64,000 nt of DNA from contig JANLPS010000176.1 of assembly GCA_031367385.1 (NCBI GenBank), forward strand, positions 1 to 64,000, given 5' to 3'. The stretch is from Archangium sp. (lineage in GTDB: Bacteria > Myxococcota > Myxococcia > Myxococcales > Myxococcaceae). The notes under the pieces are model-generated. The model was not told where the DNA came from. It ran no database searches and saw only the letters and a list, made by a program, of their open reading frames with translations. Positions 26,585-36,433 of this stretch are shown here, one piece after another; within the stretch, counting starts at the first letter, position 1; every line of letters begins with the position of its first letter. The position numbers and the translations under genes were made by a program.

Positions 26585-28303
26585 CTATTTGCTCATCGCT
26601 TGGCGCACGGCCCCGTCGGCTTCGCGAATCGTGAAGACCACCTGGCTGGCCCCGGCCTCTCGCAGGCGTGCCGCGGTCTCGGAGACGTGCGCTTCGATCT
26701 CGGCAGGCAACAAGACCAGAATCATGCACTGCGGCAACGCGGCCCTGAGGCGCCGGCACAGAAACCGGGCGTTGACGCTGCCGCCGGGAGGCATGGCGCC
26801 GATGCAGACCATACCCGGCTTGCGCTTTATCACCGCCTCGACCGCTTCGGCGCGCGGCATCACCGGCATCACATCGATGGGCAGCCCGACCTGATGGGTC
26901 ACCGCCGCCAACATCTTGAGCAACAACCCATCGGCCGGTGACTCGGCGGGCAGCCCCACCACCGAGAGTGAGGCGGCGGCCCGAACTGGCCCCGACTTGC
27001 CTTGGAGCTTCTCGAGCACGTCGACCACGTCTTTGACCACCTGCTCTGCGGCGCTGTCGTCGATGGCCTGCTGGCTCTGATCTCGGGTCATCAGCATCAG
27101 CGAGGGGCGCACCACGGCGTCGAGCGCCTCGCCCAACGAGGTGAGCGACACCTGCCGCTGCACCACACGCACGGCATCGCCCTTCGCGCCGGCGAGCACG
27201 CGCTGGTAAAAATCAACCGATGGGCTCAGCCCCGGCTCATCGCCAAGCGCGATGGCCAAGAACTTCAGCCGTGGCACGTGCCGCCCCACCACCGCCGCGC
27301 ACACCGTCAACGGAGTGGCCAACACCAGCCCCAACGGCCCCCACAACCAGGTCCAGAACAGGGTTGAGATCAGCAACGCCAGCGCCGAGACGCCAGTGCG
27401 CTTGCCCATCACCCAGGGCTCGATGAAGTTGCCGACCAGCACGTCGATCACCACGAACAGCAGCACGGTGAGCCCCGTCTCACGCCACCCGGGGAAGATC
27501 GCGAACGCGATCAGCGAGGGCAGCAGCACCGCGATGAACGCGCCGATCAGCGGCACGAAGCGCAGCAGGCCCGCGACCGCGCCCCACAGCAGCGCATACG
27601 GCAACCCGATGAGCGAGAGCCCCACCGCGATGACCGCTCCGAAGCTCAAATTGATGTACGCCTGGGTGAGCAGATAGTGGCTGATGCGGTTGACCGCTTC
27701 GCTCATCGTTCGCGTGGTGACGGTGACGTTCTGTGGCCCGAGCAGCTGAATGATTCGACCCCGCAGATCTTCTCGCAGCGCGAGCATGAAGACGGTCAAC
27801 ACCAGAATGACACCGGCGAACGCCAGCGGCTGCAGTAACGGTCGAAGGGTCGCTTCGAGCTGCTGCAGGGCATTGGTGTCTTCGTGCACCAGCCGCACCT
27901 GCGCCGCCGAGTGATTCGCATCGGAGGCTTCGGCGTTGATGAGCTGGCCCAGCGAGGTGATCGCACCGCTGAGCGCGCCGAGCGGCCCCATGCTCCCCTC
28001 GCGCAGCATCGCGATCTTGTGCGTAATCTGTTGGGAGTACGACTGCAGTTGCGCAGCAAGCGAGGCGATCTGCGAGAAGAGCAGCGCTGCGAGCACCGCG
28101 AAGCCCGAGACGGCCGCGCCGACCACCGTGAGCAGTGAGAGCGAACGTGGCACCCCCACCCGCTCGAGCGCCTCGGCCGGCGGCGTCAGCACGAAGGCGA
28201 AATAGAAGGCCAGGGCGATCGGCACCAACACCGTCTTGCCCAGCGCGAGAATCGCGACGAGCAAGGCCGCCTCGACGACGACGCTGACTTTTAGACTCCG
28301 CAC
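26585..28303 (-). CDS. AI-2E family transporter with a C-terminal cytoplasmic extension
   Basis: LVPIALA, EDLRGR, LRFVPLIG, GNFIEP, FWTWLWGPLGLVLATPLT; likely GTG start overlapping the response-regulator end. Confidence 0.9.
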   Translation of the reverse strand: MRSLKVSVVVEAALLVAILALGKTVLVPIALAFYFAFVLTPPAEALERVGVPRSLSLLTVVGAAVSGFAVLAALLFSQIASLAAQLQSYSQQITHKIAMLREGSMGPLGALSGAITSLGQLINAEASDANHSAAQVRLVHEDTNALQQLEATLRPLLQPLAFAGVILVLTVFMLALREDLRGRIIQLLGPQNVTVTTRTMSEAVNRISHYLLTQAYINLSFGAVIAVGLSLIGLPYALLWGAVAGLLRFVPLIGAFIAVLLPSLIAFAIFPGWRETGLTVLLFVVIDVLVGNFIEPWVMGKRTGVSALALLISTLFWTWLWGPLGLVLATPLTVCAAVVGRHVPRLKFLAIALGDEPGLSPSVDFYQRVLAGAKGDAVRVVQRQVSLTSLGEALDAVVRPSLMLMTRDQSQQAIDDSAAEQVVKDVVDVLEKLQGKSGPVRAAASLSVVGLPAESPADGLLLKMLAAVTHQVGLPIDVMPVMPRAEAVEAVIKRKPGMVCIGAMPPGGSVNARFLCRRLRAALPQCMILVLLPAEIEAHVSETAARLREAGASQVVFTIREADGAVRQAMSK

Positions 28304-28656
28304 AGCTCGTTGATTCTGAACAACAAGGTGGGCACGTCGGTGGGCTTCTCGAACGCGCCCTCGACCTGCAGCTTGCCTCGCTGCTCGGGCGTCATGCCAG
28401 CCAGCACCACCACCGGTATCGAGCGCCAGACCGTCGACTTCTTGAGGGCCTCGCAAAATTCCCAGCCGCTGACGACGGGCATCTGCAGGTCGGTTAAAAT
28501 CAGATCGGGGTCGAAGCCGTTCTTGAGCAACGACATCGCGACGCTGCCGTCTTCGGCCATCGCGACGGCGTAGCCCTCGTTCTCGAGCACGCCAGCCAGC
28601 GTCTCTCGGTTCGCGATGTCATCATCTACGACCAGAATTTTGCAGCCATTCGCCAT
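28291..28656 (-). CDS. Single-domain response regulator
   Basis: ILVVDDD, PDLILTDLQMP, FEKP. Confidence 0.93.
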   Translation of the reverse strand: MANGCKILVVDDDIANRETLAGVLENEGYAVAMAEDGSVAMSLLKNGFDPDLILTDLQMPVVSGWEFCEALKKSTVWRSIPVVVLAGMTPEQRGKLQVEGAFEKPTDVPTLLFRINELCGV

Positions 28657-28874
28657 GAGTCACTCCGCCCACCCCACCTGTGCACAAAATGATCCGCTCG
28701 AAAGACGGGTCATGAGGCCGTGTTTCGGTGCGTTGACGGCTCCGGGTGGCCCATTCGGCGCAGGAGTTCCCCAGTGAGCGTTTTCGCCTCACGCAGAACC
28801 GCCACAGCTTGCCATTCGCTCCTGCCAGAGAGCCCGGGCACAGCGCTTGTACCAGCGGTGGCCGGAGACCCGTC

Positions 28875-30032
28875 ATCACCACCCTCGAAACCAACGCTTT
28901 GACCCCCGCGGCCTTCGCGGTGCGACCAGTCGAGACCGCCGATGGCGGCAAGGCATTGCGCATCGAAGGGTCGGTGCGCTTCGAAGACGGCCCTGCGCTG
29001 TGGGCTCAGGTGCTCGAGCAGACCAAGCAGGTCGAGAAGACGCAGCGGTGCGACTTCGACATGTCGGCCCTCGATGACATCGATGGCGGGTCGGTGGCGT
29101 TGCTGGTGCAGTTGCGTGCTGACTTGTACCGCCGCGGCGCGAGCTCAGACTTCATCGGCGGCTCGGGTCAGGTGCAGAAGCTGATTCAGCTCTACCGGGG
29201 CGACGTCAAAGTGGGTCGCCTCTCGAAGCCACGCCGGCCCGGCCTGCTCGACCAAATCGGTACCGCCACGCTCGACATATTTCACGAGTTCAAGCTGGTC
29301 TTTGCGTTCTTCGGGTCAGCCATTCGCGCCACGATTGGCGTCATTCGCAGCCCCACGACCGGCAATTGGGGCGACGTTGCTCCGACGATGGAGCGCTCTG
29401 GTGCCGACGCGGTGCCGATCGTCATTTTGATTAACTTCTTGATCGGCGTCGTGATGGCTTTTCAAGGCGCGGTGCAGCTCAAGCAGTTCGGCGCCAACAT
29501 CTACGTCGCTGACCTGGTGAGCCTCTCAATCTGCCGCGAGCTGGGGCCCCTGATGACGGCGATCATCTTGTGCGGGCGCTCGGGTGCCGCGTTCGCTGCG
29601 GAGATCGGCTCGATGAAGGTCTCTGAAGAGATCGACGCGCTGCGAACGATGGGCTTCGGGCCGGTGCGATTTCTGGTGCTGCCAAGACTGGTCGCGCTGG
29701 TGCTGGTGCTGCCGATGCTCACCCTGCTGGGCGACGCGGTCGGCATCGTGGGCGGCTTGGTGGTCGGCGTGCTGAACTTAGACCTCACCATCGTCGCCTA
29801 TTTCAAAGAGACGCAAGGCGCGCTGACCCTGTGGGACATCTTTTCGGGCATGCTCAAGAGCGTCGCCTTCGCCTCGGTGATCACGCTGATCTCGTGCCAG
29901 CAGGGCCTGGCGACGACCGGCGGCGCGGCGGGTGTCGGGCGGCGCACCACCTCGTCGGTGGTCTCGATTCTCTTCGCTTTGATTCTGGTCGACGCCGGGT
30001 TCACGGCCCTCTTCTTCGCGGTCGGCAAATGA
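28875..30032 (+). CDS. mlaE: MlaE-family ABC permease with an N-terminal STAS-like domain (start uncertain)
   Basis: QLKQFGA, RELGPLMTAIILCGRSGAAFAAEIGSMKVSEEIDAL, VGRRTTSSVV. Confidence 0.9.
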   Translation: MTTLETNALTPAAFAVRPVETADGGKALRIEGSVRFEDGPALWAQVLEQTKQVEKTQRCDFDMSALDDIDGGSVALLVQLRADLYRRGASSDFIGGSGQVQKLIQLYRGDVKVGRLSKPRRPGLLDQIGTATLDIFHEFKLVFAFFGSAIRATIGVIRSPTTGNWGDVAPTMERSGADAVPIVILINFLIGVVMAFQGAVQLKQFGANIYVADLVSLSICRELGPLMTAIILCGRSGAAFAAEIGSMKVSEEIDALRTMGFGPVRFLVLPRLVALVLVLPMLTLLGDAVGIVGGLVVGVLNLDLTIVAYFKETQGALTLWDIFSGMLKSVAFASVITLISCQQGLATTGGAAGVGRRTTSSVVSILFALILVDAGFTALFFAVGK

Positions 30033-30808
30033 ACGCGCCGATCACTTCAAACAACCCGCTGATCAAGGTCGACGGCCTGACCCTGGGGTGGGGCGACCGG
30101 GTGCTGCTCGAGAACGCCAGCTTCGAGGTCAAGCGCGGTGACATCTTCGCGATTCTGGGCGGCAGCGGCTGCGGCAAGTCGACCATGCTCAGGCACCTCA
30201 TCGGTCTCGAGTCGCCCCTGGCCGGGTCGATTGAAATCGAAGGTAAACCCAGCACCTCGCTCAGCGTGGGCCGGCCCGAGTTCGGCGTGATGTTTCAGTC
30301 AGGAGCGCTCTTTGGCTCGATGACGGTGGGCGAGAACCTCGCCCTGCAGCTCACCCAGTGGACGGAGCTCGAGACCGATGCAATCAACGCCATCGTTCGC
30401 GCCAAGCTGCGGCTGGTCGGCCTCAACGACGCCGAAGACAAGTTTCCCTCCGAGCTGTCGGGTGGCATGAAGAAGCGCGCGGCGATTGCCCGGGCCATGG
30501 TGCTCGAGCCCGACCTCCTTTTTCTCGACGAGCCCTCAGCCGGCCTCGACCCGGTCAGCTCCTTCGAGCTCGACGCGCTGATCAAGTCGCTCAACGAGGC
30601 TCTGGGCTTGACCGTGGTGTTCGTCTCGCACGAGCTCGAGAGCATTTTCTCGATCGCCACCGGCTGCGTGATGCTCGACCGCGAGAGCAAGAGCATCATC
30701 GCGCGCGGCGACCCCCGGGTGCTGCGCGACACGTCGAAAGACCCAAGGGTCAGCAGCTTCTTCAATCGGCGCGCCGCCGCCGACTCAACCTCAGAAAGAA
30801 ACGCATGA
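30029..30808 (+). CDS. mlaF: MlaF-type ABC ATP-binding protein
   Basis: GGSGCGKS, FQSGALF, LSGGMKKR, LFLDEPSAGLDP. Confidence 0.92.
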   Translation: MNAPITSNNPLIKVDGLTLGWGDRVLLENASFEVKRGDIFAILGGSGCGKSTMLRHLIGLESPLAGSIEIEGKPSTSLSVGRPEFGVMFQSGALFGSMTVGENLALQLTQWTELETDAINAIVRAKLRLVGLNDAEDKFPSELSGGMKKRAAIARAMVLEPDLLFLDEPSAGLDPVSSFELDALIKSLNEALGLTVVFVSHELESIFSIATGCVMLDRESKSIIARGDPRVLRDTSKDPRVSSFFNRRAAADSTSERNA

Positions 30809-31776
30809 GCACCTCAACCAACCATTGGAAGCTCGGCCTGTTCGTCGTGGTCGGCGCCCTGTCGATCATCGCGACCGTGGTCTACTTCGGAGGTCGCACA
30901 CTCCGAAAAGAGACCGTGTCGTACAAGACCTACTTCGACGAGTCGGTGCAAGGGCTTGAGATCGGCTCGCCAGTGAAGTTTCGCGGCGTGAGCATCGGCT
31001 CGGTCGCGCAGATCGACCTCGCCGGTGACAAGCGCCACGTCGAGGTCACCTATGCGCTGGGCGTCAAGGTGCTGCACTCGCTGGGGCTGGCGGTCGAGGA
31101 GCTCGAGGGCAAGAAGACCAAGCTGGTGATACCCGATGACTTGAGGGCGCAGCTGGCGTCGTCGGGCATCACCGGAGTCAAGTTCGTGCAGCTCGACTTC
31201 TTCGACGTCGCCTCGAACCCACCCGCGCAGCTGCCCTTCGAGGTCGCCGAAAATTCGATACCCGCGGCGGCGTCTATGATGAAGAGCCTCGAGAGCTCGG
31301 TGGTGCAGGCGGTCGACCGTTTTCCCGAGCTGGCATCGCAGCTGGTGTTGGTCATCACCCAGGTGAACACGCTCTTCGCCAACGTGCAGAGCTCAGACCT
31401 GATGAACAAGCTCTCTGACACCGTGATGCTGATCAACCGCGTGCTGACGCAGCTGAGCGCGTCGCTGGCGGTGCTCGACGTGCCGCGGCTCTCGGGTGAC
31501 ATTCAGCAGACGCTGAAGAACGTGAACCTGGCCCTGGTCAGCGTGAACGACGTGGTCAGCCGCGCGGGGGGCGAGAAGGGGCTCTTGTCGAGCCTGCAGA
31601 ACACCTCCGACTCGCTGGGCGGCATGGCGAAGAACGCGAACCACGTGGGGCCGGCGATTGAAGAAGCACTGCGCGATGTGCAGGGCGCGGCGCAGTCGGT
31701 TCAGCGGCTGGCCGATGCGCTCGAGGTCGACCCCGACATGCTGATCAAGGGCCGCGCGAAAAGGGTGAAGCCATGA
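30805..31776 (+). CDS. mlaD: MlaD/MCE-family protein
   Basis: KLGLFV TM, SVQGLEIGSPVKFRGVSIG MCE domain, helical C-terminus; ATGA overlap. Confidence 0.9.
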   Translation: MSTSTNHWKLGLFVVVGALSIIATVVYFGGRTLRKETVSYKTYFDESVQGLEIGSPVKFRGVSIGSVAQIDLAGDKRHVEVTYALGVKVLHSLGLAVEELEGKKTKLVIPDDLRAQLASSGITGVKFVQLDFFDVASNPPAQLPFEVAENSIPAAASMMKSLESSVVQAVDRFPELASQLVLVITQVNTLFANVQSSDLMNKLSDTVMLINRVLTQLSASLAVLDVPRLSGDIQQTLKNVNLALVSVNDVVSRAGGEKGLLSSLQNTSDSLGGMAKNANHVGPAIEEALRDVQGAAQSVQRLADALEVDPDMLIKGRAKRVKP

Positions 31777-32396
31777 AGCGCGCATTTTTTGTCACGTTGC
31801 TCGTGCTGAGTCTTCAGTCGTGTGCCCTGTTCTCGAAGGGCGAGGTCACCACCCGGCGCTACTTCAGCCCAGATCTGCCGGCCGCTCAGAACGCCAACCT
31901 CGAGCGGAGAACCGACCTGCAGCTGCGTTTGGCGCGGGTGAGCGCGAATCGCACGCTCTCAGAGCGAATCATGTACCGCGATTCGGAGCACGAGGTGGGC
32001 TTCTACGACGACCTGGTGTGGACGGAGCGGCCCGAGGCGTATCTGGCCCGCGGTCTGACCCGGGTGCTGTTCGAAGAGCGAGGCCTGCGCAGCATCGTGG
32101 GCGGGCCGGGGCCGACGCTCGACGTCGAGCTGGTGCGGTTCGAAGAGGTGAAGGCGCCAGCGCACGTCGCGCGCGTGCGAATCACATTCACCCTGTCTGA
32201 TGAACGGTTGGTCTCGGTACAAAAGACCCTCAACCTCGAGCGCCCGATCGCGGCGACCACCGCGAAAGAGGCCCTGGGGCCGGCGCTGGCCGAGGCGATG
32301 GGCGAGGCGCTGCGCGACGCGATCTCCGAGCTGTCATCGGTGGTGATGGCCGAGCTGGCCAAGACGCCCGCACCGGTGAAGACCACCGCTCGGTAA
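31773..32396 (+). CDS. PqiC-like ABC transport auxiliary lipoprotein
   Basis: Lipobox LQSC; IMYR...Y....W...P motif; last gene of the MCE operon. Confidence 0.82.
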   Translation: MKRAFFVTLLVLSLQSCALFSKGEVTTRRYFSPDLPAAQNANLERRTDLQLRLARVSANRTLSERIMYRDSEHEVGFYDDLVWTERPEAYLARGLTRVLFEERGLRSIVGGPGPTLDVELVRFEEVKAPAHVARVRITFTLSDERLVSVQKTLNLERPIAATTAKEALGPALAEAMGEALRDAISELSSVVMAELAKTPAPVKTTAR

Positions 32397-32535
32397 ACCG
32401 ATGTGGTCGATCACGACCGATCGTACGCCGGTGTCGCATTGACCTGGGCCTTCGGGCAGAGGCCTGGTCTCGTGGTTTGATCTCGCGCCAAAATTCTCCC
32501 ATCTTCACCGCGCCGGAGGACGAACGCCCCGACCC

Positions 32536-33183
32536 ATGACCGAGCTTCCCGACGCGAATCGCCTCCAGTCTTTGCTGTGCTCTCGATGGGTCAATCGCAT
32601 TGGCGGAGCGGTGTTGGTGGGCATTCAATTTGGGCGACTCTCGGTGCTCGCGCCGACTCGCTCGATGCCCAGCTTCGTGACCTTGATGACCGGCTTCGCG
32701 ATCATCGCCTTGTTCGCGCTGTGGCGCCGTGTGCCACACGCCGTGACACTGCAGCCGCAGCACTGGGTCACCACCTTCGTCTGCACCGGCTTGGGCGTCT
32801 CGAGCTCGGTCTTCGCCTGGAGCAATGGCGTTCAGCTCCTCCCAGACTGGCTCTTGACGGGCACCTTGGCGGCGGCGGCGGTCTGCAGCCTGGTGTCGCG
32901 GGTGAGCCTTGGCCGCTGCTTCGGGCTGCTCCCGGCGAATCGCGGAGTCGTCACCCATGGCACGTACCGCTTCGTTCGCCACCCGGTGTTTGCCGCGTTT
33001 CTGGTGGCTGAGCTCGCCTTGCTGGCGGGTCGCTTCAGCCTGCCCCTGCTGGGCATGACGCTCGTGATGATGATGATGATTTGCGTGCGGGTGCTGCAAG
33101 AAGAGCGGTTCTTGGGCGACGACCCCGCGTACCAGCAGTACACGCGCGCTGTTCGATACCGGTTGGTGCCAGGCCTCTGGTGA
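32536..33183 (+). CDS. Isoprenylcysteine carboxyl/phospholipid methyltransferase-family membrane protein
   Basis: SLGRCFGLLPANRGVVTHGTYRFVRHP, EERFL, Y...VRYRLVPG. Confidence 0.85.
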   Translation: MTELPDANRLQSLLCSRWVNRIGGAVLVGIQFGRLSVLAPTRSMPSFVTLMTGFAIIALFALWRRVPHAVTLQPQHWVTTFVCTGLGVSSSVFAWSNGVQLLPDWLLTGTLAAAAVCSLVSRVSLGRCFGLLPANRGVVTHGTYRFVRHPVFAAFLVAELALLAGRFSLPLLGMTLVMMMMICVRVLQEERFLGDDPAYQQYTRAVRYRLVPGLW

Positions 33184-33234
33184 TTCTAAGCTGGGCAGTC
33201 AGGCGCGAGTCTTTGTTTGCGTCAGCCCGCCACC

Positions 33235-34152
33235 ATGAGCCCGACCGAGCCCCATTCAGCCGAGTACTTCGGAGACCAGCGCGACTTCTGGTGGAACGCT
33301 GACTTCATCGAGCTCATGGCAAAACGCTGGCGGCTGGGCGAGGCCCGCTCGGTGCTCGAGGTCGGCTCTGGCGTGGGCCACTGGAGCCGGGTGCTCGCGC
33401 CGCACCTGCACCCCGACGCGACCCTCATCGGCCTCGAACGAGAGCCCCGGTGGGTCGAAGAAGCGCAGCGGCGCACGCCCCGCTTCACCTACCAGCAAGG
33501 CGACGCGATGCAGCTGCCCTTCGCCGACGCCACGTTCGATGTCGTAACCTGTCAGACGGTGCTGATTCACTTGCCCGACGTGGCCGCGGCGCTGCGTGAA
33601 ATGACCCGGGTGCTCAAGCCTGGAGGCCTCTTGGCCGTGGCCGAGCCCAACAACATCGGGTCGGCGTTGGCGCCCACCGCGACCTCGAACGAGACCGACC
33701 TCGGCGAGGCGCTGCGACTCGCGCGGCTGCAGGCCATCTGCGAGCGGGGCAAGGCCTCGCTGGGCCTCGGCTTCAACTCGGTCGGCGAGCAGCTGCCCAC
33801 CCTGTTTCGAAGCGCGGGTCTGACGGCGATGCAGGTGTACCAATCAGATCATGTCACCTCGCTGGTGCCGCCCTACGAGAGCCCGGCCGAGAAGGCGCAC
33901 ATCGCGCAGGCCTTGCAGTGGGCCGAACGTGATTTTTACTTCTGGGGCGCTGACGAGACCCGCCAGTACTTTCTGGCCGGCGGCGGAGAAGCTGCCGAAT
34001 TCGAGCGTCTCTACGCCGAGGCACGCATGGCCGGCCAGCGAGACGCGCTGGCGATGCGCGAAGGCACCGCGGCATGCGCGGGGGGAGGGTTGTTCTATTT
34101 AATCTCAGGTCGCAAGGTGCCCGGGCTTGTCGACGCCCCTCACGCCGCGTGA
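33235..34152 (+). CDS. Class I SAM-dependent methyltransferase
   Basis: VLEVGSGVG, GDAMQLPF..ATFD, RVLKPGG. Confidence 0.92.
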   Translation: MSPTEPHSAEYFGDQRDFWWNADFIELMAKRWRLGEARSVLEVGSGVGHWSRVLAPHLHPDATLIGLEREPRWVEEAQRRTPRFTYQQGDAMQLPFADATFDVVTCQTVLIHLPDVAAALREMTRVLKPGGLLAVAEPNNIGSALAPTATSNETDLGEALRLARLQAICERGKASLGLGFNSVGEQLPTLFRSAGLTAMQVYQSDHVTSLVPPYESPAEKAHIAQALQWAERDFYFWGADETRQYFLAGGGEAAEFERLYAEARMAGQRDALAMREGTAACAGGGLFYLISGRKVPGLVDAPHAA

Positions 34153-34199
34153 AAGGATGCCGCGTTCTTTTCGCACGGGCGACTTGAAGGGGGTTCTCG

Positions 34200-35297
34200 A
34201 TGCTCACCATCGTAATGACCGCAGTATTGACGGCGTCTAGCACCGGCGGGGCCCCCGGCATCGGCGTGCTCGACTTCGCGCCTCAGGGTGGAGCCTCGGC
34301 CGAGCTGGCCGCCGCGCTCTCGACCTTGACCGCGCAGGAGCTCGAGCGCTTGACCGTGTTTCGCGTCAGCAGCAGCGAGACGATGCGAGTGATGCTGGGG
34401 GTCGAGCGGCAGCGCCAGCTGGTCGGCTGCGAGAACTGCAACGGGTCGGCATTGGCCGACCTCGCCAGCTACGACTACATCGTCACCGGCAAGGTGTTGA
34501 AGACCAAGACCGACTTCACCCTATTCTTCTCATTGGTGCCGGTGGGCTCGAGCCAGGCGGTCAGCTCGCACAAAGTGACCGCGGTGACCGAGGCGGCGCT
34601 GATGCAAGAGGTGCGGCCGGCGGTGATCACGTTGATGGCCAAAGTGCTCGAGGGGCGGCAGGGCACGCTGATGGTGACCGCCTCCGAGGTGGGAGCAGAC
34701 GTGAAGCTCGATGGGCGCCAGATCGGTACCACGCCAATCGACCCGGTCGTCATCGCTGGCGGGCCGCACCTGTTGACCGTCGAGAAAGATGGGTTCTCAC
34801 CGGTGCGCAAAGAGGTGAAGGTCACGGTTGATCAGCTCACCGACGAGTCGGTTCGGTTGGCCCCCAGCCCCGACACCATCGTCGCGTACGAGACCCGGGC
34901 CAAGCGCCTGCGCGCCCTCGCGTGGACGATGGGCGGCATCGCGGTCGCGGGGTTCTTGGTGGCGGTCATCTCTGCGTCCGAAGGCGCGCGCATCTACGGC
35001 GACACCACGTCGGAAACGAGCTTTCAATATGCCCGCGCGCAGCTGCTCAAGAACGACGAGAGCTATCGAGCTAAGGCGAATGAGCTGAAGACCCAGCTGG
35101 CCACCTGGAGCACGCTGGCGGTGGTTGGCATCTCGGTGGGGGCGGCGAGCGCCGTGGCCTCGGCGGTGCTGTTCATTCTGGGAGACGACCCGGGCAAGTA
35201 CGACCAGTTTCACCGCGTGCCGCAGAGGTCGAAGGCGCCGACGGTCGCGCTGTCACCGAGCCTGGGCGGCGTGGTGCTCTCTGGCACTTTCTGGTGA
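34200..35297 (+). CDS. PEGA-domain protein
   Basis: G.L.V....GADV.LDG..IGTTP.......GPH.L.VEKDGF; C-terminal hydrophobic segments. Confidence 0.88.
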   Translation: MLTIVMTAVLTASSTGGAPGIGVLDFAPQGGASAELAAALSTLTAQELERLTVFRVSSSETMRVMLGVERQRQLVGCENCNGSALADLASYDYIVTGKVLKTKTDFTLFFSLVPVGSSQAVSSHKVTAVTEAALMQEVRPAVITLMAKVLEGRQGTLMVTASEVGADVKLDGRQIGTTPIDPVVIAGGPHLLTVEKDGFSPVRKEVKVTVDQLTDESVRLAPSPDTIVAYETRAKRLRALAWTMGGIAVAGFLVAVISASEGARIYGDTTSETSFQYARAQLLKNDESYRAKANELKTQLATWSTLAVVGISVGAASAVASAVLFILGDDPGKYDQFHRVPQRSKAPTVALSPSLGGVVLSGTFW

Positions 35298-36410
35298 GCC
35301 GACGAGATCAGTCGAGCCCCGGGGCTGAACGCTGAACGTGAAGGCGGAGCCCTGGCCGACTTCGCCGTGGGCCTCGACGAACCCGCCGTGCTTCTCGACG
35401 ATGCGGCGCACGGTGGCCAGACCGATGCCAATGCCGGGAAAATCGTGGTCGCTGTGGAGCCTTCGAAACGGGCGAAACAGGGAGCTCGCGAAGCTCATGT
35501 CGAAGCCAGCGCCGTTGTCGCTGACGACGATGCAGCCCGGCTTCTCGGGGCTGGCAGCGACCTCGATGCGCGGTGACCTCGTCTTGGCGGTGAACTTCCA
35601 CGCGTTGCCCAGCAGGTTCTCGAGCACGATTCGGGTCAGCTCGGGGTCGCACCAGCGCTTGAGGCCAGGCGCCAGCACCCAGGTCAGCACCCGCTCGGGC
35701 TCACGTGATTGCAGCTCGCTTATGACCGACTGGGCGAGGGCTGAGACGTCGACCTCGCGTCGGTTGACTCCGCCGTTGCCCAGGCGCGCCAACCGCAGCA
35801 GCGCGTCGATCAACCGGCCCATGCGGTGCCCGGCGGCCCGAATGCGCGAGAGCAGCTCGCGGCCGTCGTCATCGAGTCGAGCGGCAGAGCCCTCAGCGAG
35901 CAGCGCTGAAAAACCGTCGACCGCCCGAAGGGGCGCGCGAAGGTCGTGCGAGACCGAGTAGCAAAACGACTCGAGGTCTCGGTTCGAGGTCTCGAGCTCA
36001 AGGGTGCGTTGCGCGACGCGGTGCTCGAGCTGCTCGTTGAGCGCGCGCAAGGCCCCTTCGGCCCGCTTGCGATCTTCGATGTCGATGGAGTGAATGCACA
36101 GCCCCTGCGGCACCGGCTCGAGGCGCAGCTCGAACCAGCGCCGCGACCCGTCGGGAAAGGTGAAGTGGTTCTCGATCGCCGCCGGGTGCTGGGTCTCCAT
36201 CACCCGCTTCAGGTGAACGAAGAGCGCGCTGTTCTCGATGCCCGGGTAGGCCTCCCACATCTTCTTGCCTTCGAGCTGCTCGGGCGTGCTTCGACCCTGG
36301 GTGGCGGCCGCCGGGTTGACGTAGAGGTACACCCACTCGGGCGAGATGACTTGAAAGCCTTCGAGGAGGTGGTCCAGCACGCTCCGAGGGAGGGTTTGGC
36401 CGAAGGACAT
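35253..36410 (-). CDS. PAS sensor histidine kinase
   Basis: PAS_4-like N-terminus, SHDLRAPL, NLLGNAWKF, DNGAGF, GIGLA. Confidence 0.93.
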   Translation of the reverse strand: MSFGQTLPRSVLDHLLEGFQVISPEWVYLYVNPAAATQGRSTPEQLEGKKMWEAYPGIENSALFVHLKRVMETQHPAAIENHFTFPDGSRRWFELRLEPVPQGLCIHSIDIEDRKRAEGALRALNEQLEHRVAQRTLELETSNRDLESFCYSVSHDLRAPLRAVDGFSALLAEGSAARLDDDGRELLSRIRAAGHRMGRLIDALLRLARLGNGGVNRREVDVSALAQSVISELQSREPERVLTWVLAPGLKRWCDPELTRIVLENLLGNAWKFTAKTRSPRIEVAASPEKPGCIVVSDNGAGFDMSFASSLFRPFRRLHSDHDFPGIGIGLATVRRIVEKHGGFVEAHGEVGQGSAFTFSVQPRGSTDLVGSPESAREHHAAQAR

Positions 36411-36433
36411 CGCACAAAGAACCATACAGCGAG

